Assembly (NCBI RefSeq): GCF_964204645.1
Contig: NC_134027.1
Coordinates: 22,158,560 to 22,222,559 of the forward strand
Direction of reading: 5' to 3'
Origin: Tubulanus polymorphus
Lineage: Eukaryota; Animalia; Nemertea
Length of the DNA: 64,000 nucleotides
Each line of letters starts with the position of its first letter. Position 1 is the stretch's first letter. The translations under genes were made by a program, and so were the position numbers. Below, piece by piece: positions 1-14,088 of this stretch. Under the pieces are notes generated by a model. It saw nothing but the letters and a program-made list of their open reading frames with translations, ran no database searches and had not been told where the DNA came from.

Positions 1-345
1 AATGAGTGAATGTACATGTATTAGGTGTACGGTCATTAGAGCTGCGGGCTGACAGTTATCGGTGTTTCCTATCCTACGTATTTCTCTCAAAATATTAATG
101 GATTTAATCTCGGATGTTAGTTTCTGGTGGTGTGCGCCGGGCTTAACATGGTGGTGGTTGGGGCTTCTGAGCCCTCCTTTCACGATTAGTCAGTGCGTAC
201 GTAAGTCAGCAGTGAGTTGCACCTTCAAGGTTGCACGATAAGATATTTTCGCAAGCACATACGGACGATTATAGAATTAGCTTACCACCAACGACTAGGT
301 AACTAATAATACCACCGATGTGACCAGCCAGAGGGGCGGGAGAGA

Positions 346-547
346 TACGGAAGCGATAAAGGTCCTCCAGTTGTCGCGTTCCAAATCGACAAGTCGACAT
401 GAATATATCGACATATCGTGACGTCAAATTTCGCATTTTTGCCCATTTTCCACGGGACAAGCCGTCATTTGATACGATATGTCGACATAATCATGGCGAC
501 TTGTCGAGTTGGAACGCGAAAACTGGAGACCCTTTATCGCTTCCGTA
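346..547. mobile_element. MITE with long terminal inverted repeats and TA flanks (Tc1/mariner-type non-autonomous element)
   Basis: TA-CGGAAGCGATAAAGG...CCTTTATCGCTTCCG-TA; imperfect inverted arms of about 70 bp; no coding capacity. Confidence 0.75.
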
Positions 548-1248
548 GAGAGACGCACACTGCCACTTCGGGACACAGTGGGTTCCCTTTTTAGAAAGTG
601 CCCTTCATAATTCTAGTAAAATAGTTTTTTTAAAAATCTAAATTTTGACACAATATTCACGGAGAATGCATTTTGGTAAGATGTTGGAGAATAGATTTAT
701 AAAAATTTTTGAGGTAGGCCCCACAATCTGATAGGATTTGGCCATTCTAAGAAGTTTTGGAAAACTTTGGGGATGTCCATATAATACATAAGTTGAATAT
801 GAGTTATGCTTAGTTTTAAGTTTTCATATGATTCATTTATATCAGTGACAGGATTTGCAGTGACAGTCGACCTTGTCCTAATGAACATTCATCTGTTGTA
901 AACTGAATTCTAGCTATTCAACATCATAATGTATGTCACATCACGAGATATACATCTCGCAACGAAAGTGACGAAAATACTCGAATAAACCTTAAGTTAC
1001 ATGAATTTGTTAATGATGTACGCGGCTAACGACGTACACATACGCGGCTAACGTAACTTCTAAACTATTGACGGTAGCCGAGACAAAAAATTCTAGCGAC
1101 GCTTGGATTTCACTGTGAACGTCACTGCAGCGGCCGTAAACCTCACTATCATCGGCGTAATTGATTGCATTCGTTTGGTAACGTTTTTGAAAGTGTCGGG
1201 ATAACACACGGTTCCACTGGAACTCGATCGCTTACAACAGATCGTGGG

Positions 1249-2310
1249 ATGCTCGATAACAACATTAATAGCTCAAGTCTTGCAGTGACAACACCGCAAC
1301 TCAACCTGTGCCAGAGATACAAAACCCTCCCTGTTAAATGGATCAACAAATTGAATGTTTACACATATTTAGGCTGGTATCTGCCGGCGTCTGTACTGGG
1401 TTTGATATTCAACGCATTCACGTTGTTAGTTCTAAAACGATTCAAATCTGATAATTACTTTCTCATAAAAATTCTCGCTATAAACGATCTTTTGTTTATG
1501 ATCGCTTCGTTCATTATTTATCCGCTGAGAACTGCGTACGTTTACGCCGTTTTGGGAGATATTGTATTTCGCCGGAACGATTGGAATTTCGGTTGGATTT
1601 TCATCTCGGTCGGCATGCCATTTTTCTATATATTTCAGATGACACGTAACTGGTGCACTGTGCTGCTCAGTCTAGAGCGGTTAGTCGTCGTATTGTTTCC
1701 AATGAAATCTCGTAACTTTCCCAAGAAGTTGATATCACAATACGCGATGGCGATTATTTCACTTCTGAGTTTTTGTGGCCATTTCATTCGCTTCTTACCG
1801 AGTCGACGACTTGGACCAATGAATTGTCCTGTTGAGTGGCCTTACGTAACAATACGTATTAAGTTGTTTTATTACTACCCCGAGTGGTTTGATGAATACA
1901 CTTGGCGATCCGTACTTTCTAGGGTCTATCTCTTCATGTATCTTACTGTTATTTTTCCAATTTCTGTTCTAATTTTGATCAATATCATACTTATTTCGGC
2001 AATATTTTTTCGTCGGGCTTTGAGACGTTCAGAGCTCGGTGTAACTGATGAATCCTCTAGAAAGGAAATGAGGGTTTTAAGAATGGTTTTATCAGTGGTT
2101 TTGCTGTTTATTTTTTGTGAAGGTTTTGGTTTCATCGATCGTTTAATGAATATAAGTTTAATCCCCACCATTATGGGTATGAGTTTGATAGCGTTAGGAT
2201 TTTCTATGGTCGACTCGTCAGTAAACTTTATCGTGTATTGCGTGACAAATGAACAATTCAGAAAAGTAGCTATTGATATTCTGGGCAAATTTTGCCACAA
2301 ACAACAATAA
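1249..2310 (+). CDS. Intronless class A (rhodopsin-like) GPCR, FMRFamide/peptide-receptor-like, 353 aa
   Basis: First ATG at 1249 within ORF 1165-2310. Seven hydrophobic segments, N-terminal NSS sequon, TM1 GLIFN, TM2 LAIND, TM3 SLERLVVVLFP, TM6 FIFCEG, TM7 DSSVNFIVY. Confidence 0.9.
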   Translation: MLDNNINSSSLAVTTPQLNLCQRYKTLPVKWINKLNVYTYLGWYLPASVLGLIFNAFTLLVLKRFKSDNYFLIKILAINDLLFMIASFIIYPLRTAYVYAVLGDIVFRRNDWNFGWIFISVGMPFFYIFQMTRNWCTVLLSLERLVVVLFPMKSRNFPKKLISQYAMAIISLLSFCGHFIRFLPSRRLGPMNCPVEWPYVTIRIKLFYYYPEWFDEYTWRSVLSRVYLFMYLTVIFPISVLILINIILISAIFFRRALRRSELGVTDESSRKEMRVLRMVLSVVLLFIFCEGFGFIDRLMNISLIPTIMGMSLIALGFSMVDSSVNFIVYCVTNEQFRKVAIDILGKFCHKQQ

Positions 2311-3113
2311 TTTTTTTCATAATTAGTATCAAAATTATAATTCGATATTTGAAAGGGGATTCACCGTCTTGGCAATTCGTGGAGTCTTCAATTTTCGTAC
2401 ACGACTAAAAAGAAATTCGCGCAGTTGGAACAATGGCCAAAACTCAGAATCAGCATCGTAACAAGTTAAGTTATCAATACGGTAACATTGAGTACCAAAC
2501 GCACGTTTCGAAATGTGCTTCCTTTTAATCTGTGGTCAACGCGTGGGACAATCAACTTCTACATCAACATATACCCGGGAAAAAACTACAATAAACCTTC
2601 GCACTATCAATACGCGGGAAAAGAAAAAAAATGTAAAAATGGACAAAATGATCTTCAACCTTGTAATGTAGTTATTTCCAACACTTCGATGTATCAAATT
2701 AGTCACTACCAGTCACTTGCCGGTCGAGGATGCTTGGATAATTGTTCGAATGAACCAAAACCAACATGCTTTGATTTAAACAAAAAATTATGTAAATTAG
2801 ACTGCCGATCACAACAACTCTATCTGCACTTCGGTTTCCGATTTCAAAATCTAGCCCCCTGTTTTGCTCCCGGCAGCAATTGAAACGATCAAAATCTACC
2901 AATCAAATATAAACGTAGGGTCAATCCCTATTTCAAGATAACAAAGATATCAGCGGGAATCAGGGGGTACAGCACGGCATCAGTCTGAATTAGACTTAGC
3001 TTGTTGAGTTATTCAATCCCTATTTTGACATAAAAAAGGAAATCGTCTCACTAACCGAGTGTCGCGGCACTAAATAAAAACTTCCGGATATTGGAGAAAA
3101 TGCACCAACCATT

Positions 3114-3215
3114 CCACCTGATGATGGCTGTTAGTCAACAGCCGCAACGTTGTGGTTTCATAATAATAAATTTGATCGTATAATCTTAAATTCGAAGTGT
3201 GGGATTTCTTCATTT
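3114..3215 (+). mobile_element. Penelope-like element tail with a minimal hammerhead motif (core GAAA mutated to GCAA)
   Basis: ccac-CTGATGA-t-ggctgtt(agtc)aacagcc-GCAACGTT-gtgg; stems I and II pair; followed by an AT-rich tail ending gtgggatttctt. Confidence 0.55.
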
Positions 3216-3714
3216 ATTTTGCACCAGCCATATTTTCACTCTCCCCACAGTGAATTCGCGGAGTGTCGTTAAAACGTTCCACGACAGAAAAACGGCAACA
3301 GCGAAAAAGTAGTGAAAAGTGGCCATGACTAGGTTGTCTAAAGTGGTCGATTTTGTGATCGTGAGTGCCTTTCCATTGACACCAAAACTGTGGATGTGCT
3401 CAAATTGTTAAATCATGGAATTTAATTCGTTTTAGCATGGACTCGAAAACGAATCGTTATAGAGTCCATGGTTAAATAAATCTCTGCCCGGGCCACATTT
3501 TGGGAAAATGCAAAGGCTGTGTAATTTAAGACTTCCTTCTCTGAATATGATATGATATGATATATGATATGATTTATTTTGCATAAAAGATTGTTACAAA
3601 GTTTACATAAATACACAATTTAAGCAAAACAATGTACCAATAGATTATGCGAGGAATTAGGAGAAGCCATGTTTGGCTTAATCTAGTCCTAATCCCTCGT
3701 CCATACACTATCGC

Positions 3715-3818
3715 ATACACACAGACATACACAACATACATTCCTGGTTTACCAAACAAAACACATGCATACACACATTCACACACTTACATACATATAC
3801 ATACACATACACAGACAG
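3715..3818. repeat. Degenerate (CA)n/(CATA)n microsatellite
   Basis: Runs of acac/catacata are directly visible. Confidence 0.7.
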
Positions 3819-3916
3819 ATAAAAAAAAATTCCAGATCAAGTTATGTGGCACGTTATGGCAAGATTACACTGCATGACAATTAATAGGTGGAACGAAGAT
3901 AACGCTGAAGCTGAAT

Positions 3917-5150
3917 TTAGAAGTTGGATGCTGAGTCCATACATTTTAAATTCTCTGGTAAACTATTCCAAAATTTCGCTCCTTGTATTTTCATAGAAGC
4001 GTACTTGTAATTAGATTTCGCAAATTCGATTGATAGAGCCATGAATCTGCGACTAGAACGAAGATTTTGTGTTTTCCTGAGCATGAAAAAATCTTTGAAA
4101 ATGTTCAGTAATAAAAGGTTGATACTTTGGAAGGCAAGCGACCCAATTTGAAGTCTGTAAATGTCATCCAGTTTAAGAATTTCTAATTTCCTGAACATCG
4201 GGGATGTCAATTTGAACGAGCGACTATACGAAGGGCTTATTTCTGAAGGATGTATGTATAATGGTTGTAAGTATATCTTACAGGCATTTCCCCAAATAAG
4301 ATTGGCATAATGTAGGTGTCAGTGTATGAAACAATAGTGGAGTTTTTTTAGAATATCTGGAGGTAAGATGAACTTAAGTCTATTGACTTTTTTACACGTA
4401 AAAGATATATGCGCCTTCCAGGTTAGATTTTGGTCAAATATAACACCGCTTGATAATTTGATCATCCAGACGAATAGTGAGTTTAATATGGTCCTTTTTA
4501 CCAAAAATTATGTACTGGGTTTTTCCTACATTTACAGACAATCTATTAGCCCGAAACCATTGTAGGAGATTGGCGAGCTCTAAATTCAAGGTGTATTCGA
4601 CATATTCTGGATCATGATGGCTGTAAAAAATGTTACTATCATCAGCAAAAAGAATTGACTCTAATGCCTTACAGGAGGAAGGGCAGTCAAATAAGGTCCT
4701 AAAATAGAGACTCGAGGGACACCACAAGTAATATCAAGAGATGAGGATAAACAGTTATTAAACTTCACTGCTTGTTTCCTATTAGTTAGATGATTTTGGA
4801 ACCAAAATTGAGGTATGCCACGTATACCATAATGTTCTAATTTTGAATTTAAGATTTTGTGATTAATCGTATCAAAGGCTTTTGATAGATCTATGAAAAC
4901 ACCAGCGGTTATCAAACCATTATCTAAAGAGTTTGCTATCTTATCAGTGATGTACGTGAATGCTGAGGAAGTTGAATACTTTTTCCTGAATCCAAACTAC
5001 CGATCATTTAAGATTTTATATGTCTCAAGAAATTTTATCTACCGATTGTAAACAAGTTTTTCCAACACCTTTGAAATTGAAGGTAGAACGGAAATAGGGC
5101 GATAGTTACTAAAAGAGGACATGTCACCAGTTTTGAAAATAGCTACAATT
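3917..5150 (-). mobile_element. Decayed non-LTR retrotransposon (LINE, CR1/L2/Jockey-group-like) reverse transcriptase fragment
   Basis: Frameshifted minus-strand pieces: upstream NYRPISVLPSISKVLEKLV, then FIDLSKAFDTINHKIL, CGVP..SILGP, LFADDSNIF, WFRANRLSVNVGKT, GVIFDQNLTWKAHI, GAKFWNSLP. Confidence 0.9.
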
Positions 5151-6691
5151 AAAGATATGAGCTAAAGGACTTGAAATAGCGGAAATAATTGATTTGAGTA
5201 ATTTGTTGCTGATATTGTCACATCCACAAGATGGTTTACTTTGGAAGTTAGATACAATTTCCTATAATAGGTAGGGGTTAGTTCTTAAGACTGCAGCCTT
5301 CAAACCCTTGTGCTCAAACTGTTTTAATAAAGTTGGATTCACTCCTGGATTATGTCGTTGTCGTTGTCGTTGTTAGGCAAATTTATACAGTAATTTACCT
5401 TTTGTGAATAAATAGTCGGATAATCGCTTACATCAGATGAATATTTGTGGTCACAATTTTTCCTTTTTTGTCAAAGAAATTTATACACAAAGTTGGATTT
5501 CTATGAGCTATTTCTTTCCCATAGTGCAGTTCGATCGATTTCTTCCCTATTCCGACATCTGTTCCTTGTTTGAAATCGATGATACACGTCAGCAATCCTT
5601 ATTCTAGTTGTGGTTAGCGTATTAGAATGGTAAAAAATAAATCATTTCAGTTTTTAAAAATCATATCTTGTAGATTTTTATTTGATTTTTCTGTTTACAG
5701 AAAGTAAGTAATTCTCAAGTCGTATTTTTTCGGAAAAAAGCTGGAAATCCAACTATTTCAAAGTCGGACTTTAAGTTGGAGGATTTTTCTTGGTCCCACG
5801 AGATCCGACTTACGCACGGTTTACTGTACAACATTGATTATTAATTCATTAAGATTCGATGAAAAATATAATAGTTTACTTGAAATAGGATCAAAATACA
5901 CATACAAGACGCGATTGGGCGTTGAATTTTGCAACAGTCTGTTTGTTACCTGATTAGACAGTCGTGTTTTGTTTGAATTTTTTTCTTTTTTTGATAAAGC
6001 TTTCTATAACAAATGTATAACGCTGACTCCGCGTAAATCATCGCTGCTCCGCAATTGTCTTTTATTTATCTGGCTGAGCAAACAACCGTCAATCTAAATA
6101 TGTATTGTGTTTTGTTACTCGATTCAGTCCTTACCGCCGCAAAATCATTCCTATATATAATCTAGCGATGCAATTCACCAACAACAACTACTGAATGGTA
6201 TGAATAGAACTTTTCATATTTGGAATATGCGTATAGGATTTGTTATTGTCTCACATCAAATACATTCACTCGACGTACGCGTCTACTTTGTTTACGATAC
6301 ATATTCATCATTTAATCAGCCGTTTGGGTTTGAATGTTTCAATATCGAACAATATCGATGGGAGGGAGTAGTTTTGTTATATACGTTTATGAAATAATTT
6401 CCGTTCTTAAAGCGGGGAATGCGTATAACAGAAGCGTAGTATTAATTATTTGCTCAAACATTTACCAGTTTCATAGATCCTGATACTTCAATCTTGAACT
6501 GCAACGATCAAATGTGTTTTAGCAAGCAGCGCCGAGACATTTCAATTCAAGTCTTGATCAACGGCGACTATTTCTTTCAGCGATATTTCGCTTACTGAAT
6601 CGGTTTAGCGGAATTGAAACATCAACATATTTACGGATTATGACCGGGGAAAAGTAATAAAAGTCGGTTGTGGTTTTGCTTGAATGGAACC

Positions 6692-9194
6692 ATGAAATCT
6701 GGCAGAAGGGTGGTTACATTTGCACTCTATTTGTTCAGTGTTTTCGGTACGTAATATTTCCTGCAAGCTCTCTTACCTTTTCCGCGAGTGGAGTTATTTC
6801 AGTTTGATATGCAGATCGCATCAAGGGTGGCGGGTTTTTTTTTGAAATCACGAATGAAAGAATGAACGAAATGGCCGTAACATTTTGAAATTAAGAGTCA
6901 AGTTAAAACTTAGATAATCCACAAATCCTTTGATAGAAATAAGCATCAAAATGACTTTTTCGTCGTGTCTTTTTTTGATCCAGTGTTTTGCAAATAGATA
7001 GGGTTTTTCATTTCTCCTATCATTTGAATTTATCACAATTTTCACTCATTGATCATGAATGAAATGGCCTAGGAATTTTAGAATCAAGAATTATTTTAAA
7101 GCTCTTATTATCCGGTAATGTTTTGATAGAAATTAGAATGAAAATGTCTCGCGCTATTTTCATGTCTGTCTTGATTTTTGATCAAGTGGCTTGCAAAAAG
7201 TTAGTTTTCATTTCTCCATATTCCCTCTCTTTGTCATTTTTTGTGGACTCTTTCCAAGGGGAAATACTCGAATGATATAAAAAAATCCTTTTTATTTTTT
7301 TTCCCGTTCACTCGCATTTGAAAACCCCTTAGATTAAAAAAAAAGATTTCATTTTTCACTTTTTCCCTTGGCCCTCCCAGTTTTTATTCTTGTAAAATGG
7401 GCACTCCAAGTAATTAATCTGTGAAGCAGTTCCTAGGAGGAAAATTGACTCTAAATCTTTTAGCTATGCAAGTCCCTATTAGTTTTTAAGAAGAGGCTAA
7501 AAACTCATTTTCATTTGAATGAAATGTTGTGATGGCTCTGTAGTGTTTCACAATATAATCTTATTGCTTATTCTGTTTTACGTAAAGAGGTACGACTCTG
7601 TAATGAGAATGAAGCTATATAAAAATAAACATTATTACTATTACTATTATTAATTGATAAAAAGGCCTTAAAACCTGACACAAATGTACAAAGACACGTA
7701 CGTACATGAACGAAAAACAATTTTACCCTAGAGCCCAAAACGAGAAAACGAACCGTTTGATGGGAAATACATAAATTCTTACAGAATAACATTGGCAAAT
7801 CTACTTTTTTCATATCAACACTTGAACAGAAATTCTACGCAATGTATTCCAGGTTTGTTAGCATTCATTCGTATGTTAACTCATAGAAATGCACACGAAG
7901 ACGATCTGCCGGTGACTACTGCTATTCCACAAATACCCCCCAGGAAGCTTCCGGTTAAAGTCGTTATATACGGCTACATGAGAGGAGGCACGACATTTAC
8001 AAGTCAGAATTTCAAAACGAATGAAGATGCATTTTTTTGGTTCGAACCATTTGGGAATCTATTCTTATCGATTTATGGATTCTTCATATCCCCGGTGGGG
8101 ATAGATCGTGAACACATGTACCGGTACGTACAGTCAGGTCTTAACACCACTACCCAGGGGTTGTTTAACCACCTGTGGACCGTGCGACCAAACCAGGAAA
8201 CTTCTAGAATTTAACATTATATTACAACATTACTTTTAATTTCAGTACAATTGATAAAAATCTAGATCTGATCGACGGGATATTGGATCGGTTGCTGAAC
8301 TGCAATTTCAACGATCCAACCGTTCCGAAAGAGATATTCTCCCATCCGTTCATCGAATACAGTTCATACACCAAAAGATATGGAGAATGTTTTTCTAGGA
8401 GTCCTTACAAAATGATTTCGAACGCGTCCAATTATTGCTATTCGTTATTGAATAATAAGCGGCTGAATTGTCGCTCTCCGTGGGGAATGTGTCAGACTTT
8501 TCTCAAAGAAACCCGACAAGCCAAAGGCAATCCTGCGCCGCTGTGGGACCCTGTCTATAAGGAAAGTTTCTCAAAATGGTACAAGTGTATGAAACCTCTT
8601 TACGATACCGATCTCGTAGAAAAGTGTCTCGACGAGTCCGGATTGACAGCCAAATGCGAACGAAGTAAAATAAGAGCGGTAAAATTAATTCGAGCTAAGA
8701 TGGCAACTATGCGACATCTTGCCGAGAAACATCCTGATTGGTTGTTTATCTACCTGGTTCGCGATCCGCGCGGAACCGTCATTTCGAGGAGTAGATTTAT
8801 TGAATACACCAGTGACTTTGACTACGTCCAAGAAGCGATGTTTTTGTGTACGAAAATGCAACAGGATATCGAGGTTTTCGAACAAATTCGACGAATTTAT
8901 CCCGATAGATTCTTACTTTTGAAATACGAAAACTTCGCCGAAGATCCGATTGATGGGGCGAAAAAAATATATCGATTTATGAATCAATCCTTGCCTGCCA
9001 CGGTCGCGGATCAACTTTACAAAATGTCCCATTCCGTGAAACAATCGGTGTCTAATCTTGGAACCTATAAACATAATTCCACTCAGGTCGCTCACGCCTG
9101 GCAGACCCGAATGAAACTCAGCGAAGTGAAACAAATTAACAACTATTGCAATGGTATTTATAAAAAACTCGAATATACTGAGTATGGTGTGTGA
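6692..9194 (+). CDS. Golgi type II membrane carbohydrate sulfotransferase (CHST1/3/5-like), about 424 aa, 3 coding exons
   Basis: join(6692..6746,7853..8123,8246..9194), GT-AG introns in phases 1 and 2, 1275 nt. N-terminal signal anchor MKSGRRVVTFALYLFSVFGLLAFI; 5'-PSB motif YMRGGTTF; FEPF; 3'-PB motif LVRDPRGTVISR; LKYENFAEDP; AATAAA at 9242. Confidence 0.88.
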
Positions 9195-12100
9195 ACTATA
9201 AGTATCACTTAATTCATATCTTAATTAAGTATATTAATTTGAATAAATACAACGAGACGAATAGTACTTTAAAGGTTGACTAGTTTATTTGACGCACGAG
9301 CTTTCGCTACCAATGTATAGTAGTGTAATGGCACTAAAGTCTCCACCATTTGTTGTGTCACGAAGTTCTCCACCAGTTGTTGTTGATAGGCTGCACCACG
9401 GATACCCTTTCTAGTTGGTTCCTCTCGGTGACCGACCTGTTTATTTGGGTTGTACCTCGGCCTTCTGCCTTCTCAAGAAGTAAATAACAGGTCTTCTAGT
9501 ATGACCACACTGTTTCTTTTATTTTTCTTCTTATTGTTACATTCTTTCTGCTTTCTCTTCCTCTCCCTCTTACTCAAAAACCTTAAACTTATAGACTAAT
9601 TTGCACAATTCTCACATCCCTAAACCATGGACCTCACCCGCATCTAACCTTACCCTATTTGGAACGTTCAATCTCTGCTACTTCTATTCTACTCCCTCCT
9701 GAACCGCTAACCATCCATTCTTAGTCCTTTTATTTTAGATATAGCATCTAAATGCTCTCCCGTCTTTCTCCCAAACTCCCACCTTGTAATCTGATCCACT
9801 TGCCTCCAGTGTGCGCACCAGCAGACATCTAGTGTGCGCACCAGCACACAACTAGTGTGCGCTACCGTTCAAACTGAACACACCTATCTACTTTCATACA
9901 CATATAACTATTGGCTCTACATTATCCTCCTTTCAAACTTCGATTGAACTCAATCGACCTTCAATGAAACTACCACTAAACCGTACATATAACCACATCC
10001 ATTTACACCGTAACCATATAAATCTTCATCATACTACGTTCATGAATTAAAGAAAGTTGGATTCACTCCTGGATTATGTCGTTGTCGTTTACCTTTAATG
10101 CATAAATGATTTATATGTAGCACCATAGACATGAATTATAATAGATGTTCGAAAAAAACGAGCAAATTACTATTTACTTTTTGGGAGAGGGGTGTGTGCG
10201 GGGATGTCGGACCCAATGGCTTTTTGATTTTGTCGGGCCTGTTAGGACCTAAATGTTAATCCGCCAGTCGGCCACAGTATTAGACTACACAGAATTCACT
10301 GTATTTTGCCTTGGTTTTACGCTGTACAATCATGCGTTTATACATGCAGTTAGTTGCAGTGTGAAATTTCTTAAATTCAATATGGCCACCAGTCGCCCAA
10401 CTGGCTGTGCAATTCATTACAACATTATTTGGGTCTTGCTTCATGACGTATGTACGATATGAAGTGTTTAACTCATTGTTGGGGCAAATCAGTTACTTTT
10501 CGTCCGTCATCTGTTCATAGATGGAATCCAGTTATTCTGGGAAGTTTTCAACAAGCTTTGATGTAGTACGCATTGTCTTACGACGAATCTACCCTAGACA
10601 CCAGCCATCCACCTCAAGTCACGAGATATGAAATCAATAAAATATCAATATTAATCCACTTAGTTCGGGTTGTCCAATTCATTTATTTATAAAAATATTT
10701 ATTTACATTATACTAGCATTTCATCAACTAATAGTCAGATTATCAAAATTTGAGCAAATAGCAAATCATATAAGACATAGAAACATATTGCAAATATAGA
10801 AAGTACAAAATCAATTCAATCTCATCTGTTAACTGAGCTTATACTGAAGAATGTCATTACCGGTACATGTACAGTAGACTCCACTCAAGTCGTTTGGGAC
10901 AGTGAATATTTGTCCGACTTGACACGGTCGGATCTAGGATGATTGGATGGCTAAGGTCCAGAAGGAACAAAAAGCATTTCTGGGAAAAAGAGCCACAAGC
11001 AGGTCCCACCCTATGTGTAAGTTATTTATGAAGAAATACATCCGTTAACACGTAATTTCCTGGATGGAAGACGGGTGTCAAATTTGCGGGTTTTCACGAT
11101 CTCCTTCTTGAAAAGGGCTACCTCAAATAGTAGGCAGGATTCTGACCAAAGCCCCTTTAAATCTGCCCAGGCTTGAGTGATATCCGAGTTAGATGTTAAA
11201 TATTTCGTATATATGTATAGCATCAACAAAAAATACATCAACAAACATCTGAGTTCAGGCTAAAAAAATGATACCTTGTTTCTCCACCTTCTCCACCCAC
11301 CTAAGTGACTAGGACCGCTGGGACTTAAGCCCCAAGTGGGCTAAAAAACACAGATTTGTGGAAAGATCTGCACCAGGCAGGCAGGATATTATTTCTATTA
11401 AAAACAAATTGATGTAATTTTTTTCAAATAACTAGGGGTCCGGGAACAGCACGCCTACTTGGCAAGTGGTTAGAAATGCTCCACAAACAGAAGATTTCAA
11501 TACTCAACGCCCCTCTGGTGAACACTTTATTTCTACGAATTTTCAGCGTGATTTTTTCCGACGCGGCCGTATCATCTCTTTAGCCTAAACGATTATCTGA
11601 GTTGATCAGATCCGACTTGAACGGAGTAGTAACAACTCGTACATCATTTGAAGGCCGTCATGAATACAGAATAAGCAAATAAGCTTATTTGTATCGAGTA
11701 AACCCTAAGTTGGGTCATATAAGTAAGAATTTTCAGTTACATAATACACAAGTTAATGGTCCCAAGTGAAACAATTAAAAATACAAAATTGTTCAATTTC
11801 ATTATAAAAATTTGATGAAAAATATAGCAGTTTTCTTAAAATATGGTAAAAATACGCATAAAAGAAAGCGATTTTGGTCCCTTAATGATGCCGACCTACA
11901 TGCGGTGGTCCATTTAATGACATCATAAAAACCGTTTCGTAAATGTTTATCTACAATGATAACTGCTATGCCTTATTTGGGGGACACTGTGTGAGTCGAC
12001 TGCTATCACTACCAGGACATACTGGGGCATGTCACATTTGATAGTGAATGCATAAAGCATCCTTGAATAACCGACCCAAGTATACCTGTATAACATTATA

Positions 12101-13153
12101 TCATACAGGGGATACTGGGGTTGGTTTGATACTTGTTTCATCCATTCATTATCAAATGTGCCATAACCGGAATAATTTGCCCCATGCTTAAATATGGCAC
12201 AGGCGTGGTCTGAAATGTGTCAAACAGCCATGGATATCCATTTGGCACCTAAATGAATGGTTTGCCCAGGCCTTTGTGGAACGGGTAGAAAATGCTGGTG
12301 TGTGACCATAGTTATCAACCAGAATATATTTGTGTCCAGCCATTTAGCAGGAGATGAGCTCAGACGACTTTTCCAAATCCACAATATCCATTAGTAAAAA
12401 CAATTCAAGCATTAAATTCAAATATAAGCATGTTAATCCAGGGAAAATCTTGCACATGGCTTCTAGGCTACTATCTTCGCTCCACGTACCCAACCTTAAT
12501 TTTGAAATAATCAAACCTTCAGAAAGAAGGGGTATCCCAGTACAGGTAAGCCAGTACATCCGACGTTTCGTGAACAAGTTATTTCCGGACAGGTCTCCAG
12601 AGCCGTTATGAAGACTCCATCAACAAACGACGAAGTCAAAAAGCACCAATTTATGATTTCAGCATTATCAAAATGAGCGAACATATAAATCAGCAGATTT
12701 TCACCGAGGCGATATCGTATAAATATACCATCTATCAAATATGTCATTCTAAAATTTTCTCTCACTTTTACGTAAAACATCTCCGTAGCTTTTACACATC
12801 ATTCATTAAACAAACGAAATATTCATGAAAATCGAACAACAGATTATAATGCGGTTAAGTAAGAATAACAGTAAAAACATGGTAAAAATTTAACATACAT
12901 TCGGTATACGTAATAAAAAATATGTTCCGTTAAAAAAGCCATTTTTGTGCTGATTTTCTATTCATAAATCCATACATTCTATTCAGGTACATTCATTCGA
13001 AGACTACGAGGAGCTATTCAGGGTTTGGCTAAGAATTGAGGAATCTAGTTCGTCAGATAAATGCCGACAATTCCTCAGAATCCTCATTCTCAGGCAACAA
13101 AAAACACATTTTGGCTAAGATATACATTCAGGCCTATACATTCATACATTGAA

Positions 13154-13405
13154 ACCCTTTCAGTGCTGAGTAATTATTACCCTTAAGTGCTGGAGACGAT
13201 TTGTAAATTTGGTAAAGTTCCACCCCAGTGCGTTGCACATGTATAATGGCGTACCGCTATATAGTGCATGTATCATTGCAGTTACTAATATTTCAACATG
13301 CTTCCAACTTTCACTAGAGATAATTACTAATTACAATTAATGATGCATGGGCAAAGTTCATCATTGATATATACACGACACTGCAGTGTAGACACACGGA
13401 AAGGG
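13154..13405 (+). mobile_element. Degenerate copy of the TTAA/CCCTTTCAG MITE family
   Basis: Starts accctttcagtgctgagtaattattaccc, ends gaaaggg; aligns by eye with 56042-56330. Confidence 0.6.
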
Positions 13406-14088
13406 CATCCTTACATTCATATACACTGTTTGATTATAGTAATACACACAACGTTTATGGCAAACTGGCCGACCACTCCGCAAAATGATTCCATTAACCA
13501 AGTCAATATTTTGAAAAAATTTGGGGAGGAAAGATATCAAATTTGCAGACTGACAATCACTGTTCTGAAAAAGTGCAACTTCAATTGGAAAGCAGGGGTT
13601 TGGACTGAAACTACTTAACATTAGCCCATGTATCAACTGCCAGTTATAACTGAACTCCAGGACCCTGTTGCACAGTTGCCAATAAAACATTTAAATAGAG
13701 TCAAACTTAGATTCTAGGGTTACACATTAACCCTTGACATAGATTTAAAATCAAAGAGATACTACCCGTTAACTAGGCTAGGAACCTTCTTACAAAATTC
13801 TCATTTGCATAAACAAACAACTAATCACAAGTTATTATTATGCCCGTTGACACAATTTTAAGCAGTTATATTCAACTTGATTACCGAACTATTTTACAAC
13901 ATTTTTTACATGAAAAATACCATACCGGCTATACTCTTCTACATTACAACAAAATATGAAGTAATGACTTGGCAACTTTCTACTCCATGAAACTCACTGA
14001 TGGCTCAGTATGTATACGGCTTACGCATTGGCTCGTATACAATTTGTAGCTGGCACAGTTTATGGCTCACGCGTGAATCCATCTCAGC

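Noticed and set aside
1165-1248. N-terminal extension of GPCR 1 in the ORF track
   Set aside because: Starts at a TTG; a eukaryotic start at ATG 1249 gives a normal N-terminus.
1926-2300. 124-aa antisense ORF
   Set aside because: Antisense shadow of the GPCR coding sequence.
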